A stretch of 38,768 bases of DNA from an uncultured Planctomycetaceae bacterium. GTDB taxonomy: Bacteria > Planctomycetota > Planctomycetia > Pirellulales > UBA1268. Location of the stretch: the NCBI GenBank assembly GCA_963997395.1, contig CAXEMW010000001.1:1-38768 (forward strand). The letters run 5' to 3'. Below the pieces are notes generated by a model that made no database searches, was not told where the DNA came from, and worked only from the letters and a program-made list of their open reading frames with translations. The position numbers and the translations under genes were made by a program. Within the stretch, counting starts at the first letter, position 1. Each line of letters begins with the position of its first letter. This document shows, piece by piece, positions 18,161 to 27,310 of this stretch.

Positions 18161-19204
18161 TTACGTTAACGATCTCGGTACAACTGGCTGCCCACCGCTG
18201 GCAGCACTCTGGTCAGCAGCAAAAATTACTTCAAATGTTCGAGCTGCGTCAGCAAAACTTGTCAGTGGCATGTCTTCATCACGATCGAGGGCATTGAAAA
18301 ATTCTTGGAACTGGCTCTGGTAGGGATGATCGCTGACATCACCTGAGTCACACATCTTCATAGACAGACGATGCCAGGCGTTCCGCTCCTTGGAGAGCTT
18401 CATGGAAGTAAATCGATCATCTAAGAGACTTCCCTCACTCCCAACAAGATGCGTATGAAAGTAGTACGGCTGGAAGCAATCAACAATAGCAGCAGTCTTC
18501 CCCAGAGCACCACTTGCAAACTTCACAAGCGTGACACTGGACGTGTCATACTCGTATGGATCGAATGTGTCGCTAGTTGTTTTCGTACTCATACTTGTAA
18601 CACTTTCAACCTGACGGTCTCCCATCATCATCAAAAGTGCATCGAGCGCATGACACCCAGCAGTTAAAAGCGCACTGCCACCATCTCTCTTTCCAGTATT
18701 CCAACGGAACTGACCATACCAAGGGCCAATGCCGTGATAATAATCAATCTCACCGTAATGCAACTTGCCAAGCAAACCTTTTTCGAGCAACTCTTTCGTC
18801 ACCTGCAGTTGCTCTGAATACCGAAGCTCGAAACAGACACAGCCATGAATACCATTTGCTTTGGCAGCCTGTAAAATCTTGGCCACCTCATCGGGTGAAT
18901 TCGCCATCGGCTTTTCTAGGATAATGTGCTTCTTTGCGTTGGCAGCAGCCACCGCTTGCTCGGCATGCTTGCTTGGAAGCCCCGTAATATCAACTACATC
19001 AATCGCCGGGTCAGCAAGCATCGAAGCGAGGTCATTGTAGACGCGAATGGTGCCGTCATGCCGGGCTGCCAACTCAGCGGCGTCAAGTTTTCGAGTCGAA
19101 CATACCGCAGCTACTTGCCCCTGTGTGGTCGCATTTATTGCCTCGATATGAGCAGTCGCCGCCCATCCATACCCAACGACACCTACGTTATATTTTTTCT
19201 TCAT
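18161..19204 (-). CDS. Gfo/Idh/MocA family oxidoreductase
   Basis: 347-aa ORF with Rossmann N-terminus VGVVGYGWAATAH and an EKP motif (IILEKPMA). Confidence 0.9.
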   Translation of the reverse strand: MKKKYNVGVVGYGWAATAHIEAINATTQGQVAAVCSTRKLDAAELAARHDGTIRVYNDLASMLADPAIDVVDITGLPSKHAEQAVAAANAKKHIILEKPMANSPDEVAKILQAAKANGIHGCVCFELRYSEQLQVTKELLEKGLLGKLHYGEIDYYHGIGPWYGQFRWNTGKRDGGSALLTAGCHALDALLMMMGDRQVESVTSMSTKTTSDTFDPYEYDTSSVTLVKFASGALGKTAAIVDCFQPYYFHTHLVGSEGSLLDDRFTSMKLSKERNAWHRLSMKMCDSGDVSDHPYQSQFQEFFNALDRDEDMPLTSFADAARTFEVIFAADQSAASGGQPVVPRSLT

Positions 19205-19220
19205 GAAACGAAATGCTCCC

Positions 19221-19253
19221 CTATTGTCTTGTGATAGTTTTCATCATCATCAT
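19221..19253 (-). other. Possible 10-codon upstream mini-ORF MMMMKTITRQ* formed by an (ATG)4 trinucleotide repeat
   Basis: The plus strand carries CAT x4 at 19242-19253, confirmed by the HHHH run in track ORF 19203..19508. On the minus strand it reads ATGATGATGATGAAAACTATCACAAGACAATAG. The TAG runs into GGGGAG, about 11 nt before the Gfo/Idh/MocA ATG at 19204. Confidence 0.2.
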
Positions 19254-19308
19254 TACGCAAGGAAACTCAAGAGCACAACGAGGTTTACGTGCACGATAAC
19301 ACGCTCAC

Positions 19309-20211
19309 CTAACGCTGACTCCCCTCATTTGTATCGTAGCTGCGCAAGAGCAGTTGCGTTCCTTCCTCGCCGAAGCCCTTTTTTTCTAATGATTCGTAAA
19401 GCTTCTGAGCAACTTCAAGGCCGGGAAGATGGACTCCGTGACGGTCTGCTTCTTCTTGGGCAAGCAGAATATCTTTCACAAGATGCCGCACAAGAAAACC
19501 CGGCTTAAAATCTTCACGTAGTGCGCGTGGAGCCAGGTTTGACAGTCCCCAACTCCCAGCCGCTCCACCACTGATCACTCCTTGAGCCACTGATGGATCC
19601 AGGCCGGCTGCTTTTGCTACAGCAAGAGCCTCGCACCACGCCACCATACCGACTGCCACCGCGATCTGGTTTACCAACTTACACCGCTGACCACTTCCGG
19701 CCGGCCCGAGAAGAGTAATCGACTTCCCCAATTGATTTAGCAACGGCACTCCCCTATCGAACGCCTCTTGTCTCCCACCGACCATGACAACAAGACTGGC
19801 ATTACGAGCACCTACATCACCACCCGAAACCGGTGCATCCAGAGATTCCATGCCTCGCTCTTCTGCTGCCTGTGAAATTCGTTCTGCCAAATTCGGGCTC
19901 GATGTTGTCATATCGATGAGCAGACTCCCTGGCTTCGCCGCAGCAAGAATACCTCCCGCGCCTTCTTGTCCGAAGTAAACCTGATCAACATCTGCCGGCA
20001 GACCAAGCATTGTTACCACGGCAGCACTGGCAGCTGCTGCGGACTCAGGCGTATCATGCCATACCGCCCCTTGCTCAAGTAAGGACTTGGTTTTCTCACG
20101 CGTTCGATTGTGCACATGCAGCTGATGCCCGTTGGCGATGAGGTGCTCCGCCATAGGAGAACCCATTATTCCAGTTCCAATAAACGTGACTGGGCAAGGC
20201 ACTGATGACAT
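19309..20211 (-). CDS. Beta-hydroxyacid dehydrogenase family NAD(P)-dependent oxidoreductase (3-hydroxyisobutyrate / 2-hydroxy-3-oxopropionate reductase-like)
   Basis: 300-aa ORF with N-terminal FIGTGIMGSPMAEHL (GxGxxG). Length and C-terminal helical domain are typical of the family. Confidence 0.85.
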   Translation of the reverse strand: MSSVPCPVTFIGTGIMGSPMAEHLIANGHQLHVHNRTREKTKSLLEQGAVWHDTPESAAAASAAVVTMLGLPADVDQVYFGQEGAGGILAAAKPGSLLIDMTTSSPNLAERISQAAEERGMESLDAPVSGGDVGARNASLVVMVGGRQEAFDRGVPLLNQLGKSITLLGPAGSGQRCKLVNQIAVAVGMVAWCEALAVAKAAGLDPSVAQGVISGGAAGSWGLSNLAPRALREDFKPGFLVRHLVKDILLAQEEADRHGVHLPGLEVAQKLYESLEKKGFGEEGTQLLLRSYDTNEGSQR

Positions 20212-20277
20212 CGGCTTATACTATTAGGGAAATGTTTTGAACAGCTTTCAGCATGATACCTCAGAGTAACCTGCCTT

Positions 20278-21081
20278 ATGAAAATTATTCGTTTTTTTAG
20301 ACAAAACAAAGAATTCTTCGGAAGATTGCACGACGACAAAAGCGTCACACTTCTTAACGGAGATATTGAATCTGGTTTTTCAGACACAGGAACGCTTGCA
20401 TCTGTTGAAAAGCTTTTGGCACCGACACTCCCTAGTGACATTCTTTGTGTTGGACTCAACTACAAGCAACATGCCGCTGAAACTGGAGCAGCGGAGCCTC
20501 AGCATCCTGTTCTTTTTCTTAAAAACACGGGTGCAATCCAGAATCCTGGCGACCCAATCATTCTTCCGCGAAAGCTACGGAGTGAAAAAGTCGACTATGA
20601 ATGTGAGCTCGCAGTTGTTCTAGGAAAACGTTGCCACAACGTCACTCGAGACGAAGCCGTCCAGCATATCCTCGGCTACACATGCGCAAACGATGTGTCA
20701 GCTCGTGACTGGCAAAAAAATGGTGGTGGCGGCCAATGGTGCCGAGGCAAGACATTTGCAACCTTCTGTCCACTCGGGCCGGTGATTACAACCCCTGACG
20801 AAATTGATGACCCCAACAATCTTTCTCTTCGAACTCTTCTGAACGGAAACGTCATGCAGGAATGGAACACAAACGACATGATTTTTGACGTTCCTGCTCT
20901 GATTGAATTCTTGTCAGCAAGCACGATTTTGAATCCTGGGACAGTTATTCTTACCGGAACACCGCATGGCGTTGGGTTTGCCCGTACCCCACCTGTCTAT
21001 CTACAACCGGGTGACGAAGTCACCGTTGAGATAGAGGGTATCGGGCGACTCACGAATCCAGTTAGTGAAGAGACTTGGTGA
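20278..21081 (+). CDS. Fumarylacetoacetate hydrolase (FAH) family protein
   Basis: 267-aa ORF with DYECELAVVLGK and NDVSARDWQ motifs and GTPHGVG near the C-terminus. Confidence 0.9.
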   Translation: MKIIRFFRQNKEFFGRLHDDKSVTLLNGDIESGFSDTGTLASVEKLLAPTLPSDILCVGLNYKQHAAETGAAEPQHPVLFLKNTGAIQNPGDPIILPRKLRSEKVDYECELAVVLGKRCHNVTRDEAVQHILGYTCANDVSARDWQKNGGGGQWCRGKTFATFCPLGPVITTPDEIDDPNNLSLRTLLNGNVMQEWNTNDMIFDVPALIEFLSASTILNPGTVILTGTPHGVGFARTPPVYLQPGDEVTVEIEGIGRLTNPVSEETW

Positions 21082-21280
21082 AATCTTCTCAGGGTAAGAA
21101 GGATGGGGTATAAAACTTCGCCGAATACAAATCATCCTGATCGTAACGCAACCATTTCTGTATGTTGTGGATTAGTGTTCTGGCATGGCACGATAACTCC
21201 ACACCGAATGGCAATGGTGCCTTACCAAATTCTTCTCATTCCTTTTTTCTTTTTACGCGACATCTCATGGAATTGAATGC

Positions 21281-22393
21281 ATGGCCCAGTCAATGACAAC
21301 ACCCACTGTTCATCCATTTGGAAAACTCCCTGATGGACGAGAAGCTAGCCTCTTTACGCTCAAGGTCCCTGGAGGGTGGCAAACCACTATCACAAACTAT
21401 GGGGCAATAGTGACAAGCCTTTGTGTTCCTCAACAACAGGGTGAACCAGTTGATGTTGTCCTTGGATTTGAATCACTCGATAGATATCTCGATGGGCATC
21501 CTTATTTTGGTGCAATCTGTGGTCGAGTTGGGAATCGAATCGCAGATGGTCTTTTTTCGATAGACGAAAAACCGTATCGCGTTGCCCAAAACAATGGTCA
21601 CAATCACCTCCATGGCGGTGTCGTCGGATTTGACAAGCAACTCTGGAAAGCAACGCCACGAGTTTCAGAGAAAGGGCCGGCCCTTGACCTTGAACTCTCA
21701 TCACCGCATGGAGATGAAGGGTATCCTGGAACACTCCACTCAAAAGTGACCTACACGCTGACTCCAGATGGTGAATTATGGATTGAAATGGAGTCAACAA
21801 CAGACACCCCGACCCTTGTCAATCTTGTACATCACACGTATTGGAATATTGCGGGCCAAGCAACGAATAGTATCGAGAACCATACGCTTCAGGCACATGC
21901 TGATCGGTATCTTCCTCTTGACAGAGGTGGTATTCCAACAGGGATTATTCGTGACGTTGATGGCACTCCCTTTGACTTTCGGTTTTCCTCAAAGGCTCAA
22001 TCCAATCTTGGCCAGGTGATTCGGGCGCTTACTCCTTCACCGGAAGGTGCTGAAAAAGGAGGTGTTGATCATTGCCTTATCATCAATAACTGGAAACCTG
22101 ACGGAGCATTGAGACCAGCGGTCATACTCTCTGATCCAGCTAGTGGACGAAGCCTTGAAATTCTTACAGACCAACCCGGCATTCAGGTATACACAGGTAA
22201 TTATCTTGACTCATCACTTACAGGGAAATCTGGGACTACCTATAGACAACATGCAGCGATCTGCCTCGAGACTGAATGTTTTCCGAACGCGATAAACCAG
22301 ACAGACTGGCACGGCGAATGGCCGTCCGGCCGTTTAAATCCTGGTGAAACGTACAAGCACACCATGGTGCATCGCTTTACCACCGGATACTAG
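21281..22393 (+). CDS. galM: Aldose 1-epimerase (galactose mutarotase)
   Basis: 370-aa ORF with NNGHNHLHGG, HHTYWN and LETECFPN motifs typical of the mutarotase family. Confidence 0.9.
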   Translation: MAQSMTTPTVHPFGKLPDGREASLFTLKVPGGWQTTITNYGAIVTSLCVPQQQGEPVDVVLGFESLDRYLDGHPYFGAICGRVGNRIADGLFSIDEKPYRVAQNNGHNHLHGGVVGFDKQLWKATPRVSEKGPALDLELSSPHGDEGYPGTLHSKVTYTLTPDGELWIEMESTTDTPTLVNLVHHTYWNIAGQATNSIENHTLQAHADRYLPLDRGGIPTGIIRDVDGTPFDFRFSSKAQSNLGQVIRALTPSPEGAEKGGVDHCLIINNWKPDGALRPAVILSDPASGRSLEILTDQPGIQVYTGNYLDSSLTGKSGTTYRQHAAICLETECFPNAINQTDWHGEWPSGRLNPGETYKHTMVHRFTTGY

Positions 22394-23277
22394 TTCGAGT
22401 CAGTTCCAGTCAGATAACCCATCGAGTCCATCCACTCAACGACTCGGTCGGGCCACGCATCAACAGGCAGGCCCTTCTTTTTCATGCCAAAACCATGCCC
22501 ACCCTTTGCGTACACATGCACCTCACAAGGAACACCATGCTTCTTGTACTCAACGGCAAGAAGAAAACTGCTACTCGCTGTCCAAGGATCATCTGCCGCA
22601 TGAACGAGACATAGCGGTGGTGATGTATCGTTCACAGTGATAGCCGAAAGGAGTGGCCCCTCAGTACCACGCTCAACGAGATAGGCTGGATAAACGGGAA
22701 TAGCAAAACTTGGCGTTGGATTGTTAACATCAAGCTTTTCATTAATAGGGTACGTACGTTCGCTTCCATGCAAGCATGTCATTACAGTGAGATTTCCCCC
22801 TGCAGAAAAGCCAAGCATTCCGATTCGATCTGGATCAATATCCCATTCTTCTGCGCGATGATGAATCATTCCAATCGCTCGTTGCGCATCCTGGAGAGCA
22901 ACTTCCTGTGATGATGGAACACGATACTTCAAAAGAATAGCCGTTACTCCATGTTCTGTAAGAAACTCACAAACATCTGTGCCCTCATGCTCATAGGCCA
23001 AAATCTTGTAGCCACCGCCGGGGCAAACAAGTACTGCGGCACCATTTGGATCATTTGGACGGTACACCGTCATTTGCGGCCGAGTCACATTGGTTATCCG
23101 CAGAATTCCATTCTTGTTTGTTCGCACCTCCCCGGAATGTTCAGCCTTCTGCCCGGACGGCGGAACACCATCTGGCCAAAGATCAAACACAAGTGGATCT
23201 GCTATCAGATCAGATGACATCCCAAGCAACAGCATGAAACAAACGAAGCACATCAGCCACGTTCTGATTGAAAGCAT
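22390..23277 (-). CDS. Alpha/beta-hydrolase esterase (carbohydrate/acetyl-esterase-like), exported
   Basis: The ORF extends to 23319. The Met at 23277 gives the signal peptide MLSIRTWLMCFVCFMLLLGMSS. The nucleophile elbow GFSAGG, VLVCPGGGY and a C-terminal GGHGF are present. Confidence 0.75.
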   Translation of the reverse strand: MLSIRTWLMCFVCFMLLLGMSSDLIADPLVFDLWPDGVPPSGQKAEHSGEVRTNKNGILRITNVTRPQMTVYRPNDPNGAAVLVCPGGGYKILAYEHEGTDVCEFLTEHGVTAILLKYRVPSSQEVALQDAQRAIGMIHHRAEEWDIDPDRIGMLGFSAGGNLTVMTCLHGSERTYPINEKLDVNNPTPSFAIPVYPAYLVERGTEGPLLSAITVNDTSPPLCLVHAADDPWTASSSFLLAVEYKKHGVPCEVHVYAKGGHGFGMKKKGLPVDAWPDRVVEWMDSMGYLTGTDSN

Positions 23278-23325
23278 TTCCCTACCCTTTTTGAAAACAA
23301 GAACCTCTAAAGACAGCAAAAATCG

Positions 23326-24861
23326 CTATGACTTTTGCTTACCCTTCTGCTTCTTTTTCTGGCCACGTCGCGGTGGATCAACAAGTGGCACCTTCAACTC
23401 TTTTCGTAATCTATCAAGTTCTCCATGCAACTCTTTTTGTGCTTCTGCATACTGCGGTTGATCATAAACATTCTTCATTTCATGAGCGTCCTGCTTCCTG
23501 TCAATGAGCGTCCAATAATCCATATCGGGCTCATAAAAATGAAAGAGTTTATAACGGTCTGTTACAACACCATAGTGCTTCCGAACACTATGAGCTCCTG
23601 GGAACTCATAGTAGTGATAGTAAAAACTTTTTCGCCAATCGTCTGGCTGTTGACCAGCTAATAATGGACCAAGACTTTTCCCGTGCATATCAGATGGAAT
23701 GGATTGTTCAGCAGCCTCAAGAAACGTTTCCGGGAAATCGAGTATGGAAACAATTGCATCTGATGTCGTACCTGGCTGCGTCACACCTGGCCACCGAACA
23801 ATGCACGGCGTCGTGAGCGACTCTTCATAAATCCATCGCTTATCAAACCAGCCATGTTCACCGAGATAAAACCCTTGGTCTGATGAAAACAAGACTAACG
23901 TATTTTCACTCAGTCCCGCTGAATCAAGATAATCGAGGAGTTTACCAACTGCCTCATCAACAGCTTTTACACAACCGAGGTAGTCGTGCATGTACCTTTG
24001 GTACCGCCATTTCACGAGATCTTTTCCAGTCAATCCCTGCTTGTGAAACTTTTCATTGCGAGGGCCGTAGTAAACATCCCACTCTTTTTTTTGCGCATCT
24101 GAAATTGTGCGGGGAGGCTCGAGTTTTGCATCGAGTGGACGAAAGGTTTTTTCGAGCGTCATGTCTTGTTCGTGCTCGGCTCGGCCACGACCGGAATAGT
24201 CATCAAATAGTGTTTCTGGTTCTGGGAAAACACGATCGCCATTCCAACCAAGATGCCGCAAGGCTGGTGACCATTCGCGGTGAGGCGCCTTGTGCTGGGA
24301 CATAAGAAGAAATGGCTTGGATCGATCTACGTCTTTTAACCAATCGATTGATAAGTCAGAAACAATATCTGTAACATATCCTTCATGCTGGACCAGCTCA
24401 CCGTTGTTAATCATCCTTGGGTTATAGTACGACCCCTGACCTGGCAGGATGTGCCAATGATCGAAACCAGTCGGATCACTCTTGAGATGCCACTTTCCAA
24501 TCATGGCTGTTTGATAACCAGCCGATTGCAGCATTTTGGCAAATGTGGGCTGCGCACCATCGAACTGATCACCATTACAGCGAAAACCATTTACGTGCGC
24601 GTACTTGCCAGTCAAGATCGCAGCCCGACTTGGACCACAAATGGAATTTGGGACCATACAGCGACGGAACAGCATTCCTTCTTTCGCTAGCCGATCAATA
24701 TTTGGAGTCTCAAGTAACTTGAGAGAATTCCCATAACAACTCAGTGCCTGATTGGTGAGATCATCACAGAAAATCATCACGATATTAGGAGTCTGCTCGG
24801 CTGCTACAGATACGCCGTGAAAGCAAACGAACAGACAGATAAGAACTAGAAACTTTTTCAT
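23326..24861 (-). CDS. Sulfatase (Cys-type) with a lysine-rich C-terminal tail
   Basis: 511-aa ORF with a signal peptide, IFCDDL, NSICGPSRAAILTGK (C-x-P-x-R), GKWHL, and the tail PPRRGQKKKQKGKQKS. Confidence 0.9.
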   Translation of the reverse strand: MKKFLVLICLFVCFHGVSVAAEQTPNIVMIFCDDLTNQALSCYGNSLKLLETPNIDRLAKEGMLFRRCMVPNSICGPSRAAILTGKYAHVNGFRCNGDQFDGAQPTFAKMLQSAGYQTAMIGKWHLKSDPTGFDHWHILPGQGSYYNPRMINNGELVQHEGYVTDIVSDLSIDWLKDVDRSKPFLLMSQHKAPHREWSPALRHLGWNGDRVFPEPETLFDDYSGRGRAEHEQDMTLEKTFRPLDAKLEPPRTISDAQKKEWDVYYGPRNEKFHKQGLTGKDLVKWRYQRYMHDYLGCVKAVDEAVGKLLDYLDSAGLSENTLVLFSSDQGFYLGEHGWFDKRWIYEESLTTPCIVRWPGVTQPGTTSDAIVSILDFPETFLEAAEQSIPSDMHGKSLGPLLAGQQPDDWRKSFYYHYYEFPGAHSVRKHYGVVTDRYKLFHFYEPDMDYWTLIDRKQDAHEMKNVYDQPQYAEAQKELHGELDRLRKELKVPLVDPPRRGQKKKQKGKQKS

Positions 24862-24992
24862 AACACCCCCATATCAAGATTCGACATGACTTTTATTACC
24901 GTGTCACGCAAGCATAACCTTTTCAAGCACATTCTGCATCGACCTGAAAGATTCTCTCCCTCAGAGACTTTTCCAACGCCCACTCTATCATC

Positions 24993-26459
24993 TCATCCGC
25001 GCGAATCTTCATCACTTGTTGACTGCTGCCAAGGCACCTGGGCGGCCGCCTGCACGTGACGACGAAGTGCCTCCGTTAGTTCTCTTACAATGGGCCGATG
25101 CTTGTTACTCACATCGGTAGATTCAAGCGGGTCATCAATCAGGTTGAATAACTGGTAGTTTTCAAAGGGTGTATTTTGAAGCAGTTTCCAAGGGCCTCGC
25201 CGCACAGCGTAGTAATCCTGCCCTTGGTAAAGTTGCCCCCCTTCTCTTCGAACCCAGAAAAGAGTTCGATCGAACGACTGCTTCTTCCCAAGGAGTGTTG
25301 GCAGTATCGACACACCATCAATCTCATGTTCGATTGTTGCTCCAGCCGCCTCACAAAATGTCGGAAAAAGATCACTTGTTAATGCCACAAGGTCACTACG
25401 TGACCCTGCCGCAATGTGCCCGGGCCAAACTGCACAAAACGGCACTGCAATACCTCCCTCATACATTTCTTGCTTGAAGCCACGATGAGGGCCACAGTTT
25501 GCCAGACTTCCTTTGTGGCCGCCGTTATCAGACGTTAAAACAATGAGCGTATTTTCAGCCTGCCCTGTTTTCTTCAGGCATTCCACAACACGACCAATTC
25601 CAGCATCAAGATGTTCAATGAATGCGACGAGCTCTGCCCGTTTTGGATTGATGCCTGGCTCTCGCAACAAAACCTTTTTGAGATATGCCTGAGGGGGTTG
25701 CACCGGGGTATGTGGCGCATTGAAGGCAAGGTAACAAAACCACGGCTGCCCGGTACCAGCCCGGGACGATATGTACTCAGTGGCCCACTCACTAAAAATA
25801 TCTGTTGCGTGCCCCTCTGGCCGAACATCAACAGTATTCAATCGCATATAGTGCTGCTCATGACGAGTGTGAGACCAGTAGTCATCCATCATGTCTCCAA
25901 GAAATCCATGAAAATGATCAAATCCATGGTCTGTCGGACGAGATGGCGCCTCGAGTCCAAGATGCCATTTACCAATGAGTGCGGTGTGGTATCCAACTGC
26001 TTTTAAAGGCTTTGGAAGAAGAGTTGCATCTGGACGGAGAAAACCCCAATTATTGTCAGAGTGAGTGCGAATGACACCAGGAACCCCAACTTTGTCTGGC
26101 ACCATACCGGACAGAAGGGCTGCACGAGTTGGTGAACACACCGGGCAATTTGCGTAGAAATTATCGAACCTCATTCCTGTGGCAATCAGTGAATCCATTG
26201 CCGGAGTCTTCAGGTCGTTGGCTCCATATGCAGCAACATCACCCCACCCTTGATCATCTGTCAAAATCATCAGGATATTGGGTGGAGAATCAAACTCCGC
26301 TTGAGCAGCAGATGTCCCGCTGACAACAACTAGCAATCCACTGGCCACAAAAAAGGCATGGCGTAGTTTTCGAAAAAATACGCACCGCCTCATTTCTTCA
26401 CACACTCTTTTCATAGACGCATTTACCACACCTTTTTCTGTCCAGCAGAGACTGAACAC
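24993..26459 (-). CDS. Arylsulfatase-family sulfatase (Cys-type)
   Basis: 488-aa ORF with LTDDQGWGD, CPVCSPTRAALLSG and GKWHLG. The true start may be the Met at 26414 or 26393, which immediately precede the signal peptide. Confidence 0.9.
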   Translation of the reverse strand: MFSLCWTEKGVVNASMKRVCEEMRRCVFFRKLRHAFFVASGLLVVVSGTSAAQAEFDSPPNILMILTDDQGWGDVAAYGANDLKTPAMDSLIATGMRFDNFYANCPVCSPTRAALLSGMVPDKVGVPGVIRTHSDNNWGFLRPDATLLPKPLKAVGYHTALIGKWHLGLEAPSRPTDHGFDHFHGFLGDMMDDYWSHTRHEQHYMRLNTVDVRPEGHATDIFSEWATEYISSRAGTGQPWFCYLAFNAPHTPVQPPQAYLKKVLLREPGINPKRAELVAFIEHLDAGIGRVVECLKKTGQAENTLIVLTSDNGGHKGSLANCGPHRGFKQEMYEGGIAVPFCAVWPGHIAAGSRSDLVALTSDLFPTFCEAAGATIEHEIDGVSILPTLLGKKQSFDRTLFWVRREGGQLYQGQDYYAVRRGPWKLLQNTPFENYQLFNLIDDPLESTDVSNKHRPIVRELTEALRRHVQAAAQVPWQQSTSDEDSRG

Positions 26460-26693
26460 ACATGACTAAATATGAAACACTGACAATACCATGGCACACA
26501 TCAGAACCTCTTACAACTAGCGAGCCATTATCCGAAATGAAAAGCTGACGGCACGCTCTCCTCACGACCAGCCCCAAGCTTCTTGCGAAAAAACAGGTAT
26601 ATTCATGTGACGTCAAATCTCGTTACGGCACCCAGGCCTTCAGCCCACTCGACATCTTCACCCTGCATCAATCCGCTCACCACCGAGGAAACC

Positions 26694-27284
26694 ATGTTTG
26701 CCAGACCTGAAAATAAGCACTCCACCGGTGAGGTTCTAATTGTTATTGGTGATGCTTCTGAAACAGTAGACACGCTTTACCCATACTTCCGCCTCCAAGA
26801 AGCTGGCTTCCAACCACATGTCATTGCACCAGAAAGGCGTTTGCACCAAATGGTTTTGCACGAAGTACGACCTGGTTGGACGATTACCAAAGAGTGGGAG
26901 GGCTACCAGATCATGGCAGACGCTGCATTTGCAGACATCGATCCCGAAAATTATCAGGGTATTTTTTTCAGTGGAGGCCGCGCCCCGGAATACATTCGCT
27001 ACGATACTGACCTTATCCGAATCACGCAGCATTTTTTCAGTGCAGACAAACCTGTGGCAAGTGTGTGCCACGGCGTTGAAATACCCGCTTACGCAGACTG
27101 TGTACGAGGGCGACGCATGACAACGGTCGCGAAGTGCCGTCATGAACTTGAATCGGCAGGAGGTATTTTTGTCGATGCCCCCTGTGTTGTCGACAAGAAT
27201 CTCGTAAGCGGCCGAACCTATCTCGACAGCGGCTCATTCGTTGGACCTTGGATTAAATTGCTCGAGACATCTCGCGATGCGTGA
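26694..27284 (+). CDS. DJ-1/PfpI family protein (type 1 glutamine-amidotransferase-like)
   Basis: The track ORF begins at 26583. The Met at 26694 (MFARPENKH) is preceded by GAGGAA and matches the family length. The nucleophile elbow ASVCHG is present. Confidence 0.8.
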   Translation: MFARPENKHSTGEVLIVIGDASETVDTLYPYFRLQEAGFQPHVIAPERRLHQMVLHEVRPGWTITKEWEGYQIMADAAFADIDPENYQGIFFSGGRAPEYIRYDTDLIRITQHFFSADKPVASVCHGVEIPAYADCVRGRRMTTVAKCRHELESAGGIFVDAPCVVDKNLVSGRTYLDSGSFVGPWIKLLETSRDA

Positions 27285-27310
27285 GATTGGTCATCCACCC
27301 GCAAAACAAC

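Noticed and set aside
19309-22393. The idea that the beta-hydroxyacid dehydrogenase plus mutarotase plus FAH genes form a sulfoquinovose (YihU/YihR-like) pathway or a non-phosphorylative fucose/rhamnose pathway
   Set aside because: The core enzymes are not present in the window. These would be sulfoquinovosidase, isomerase, kinase and aldolase for the first pathway, or sugar dehydrogenase, lactonase and dehydratase for the second. Family membership alone cannot discriminate.
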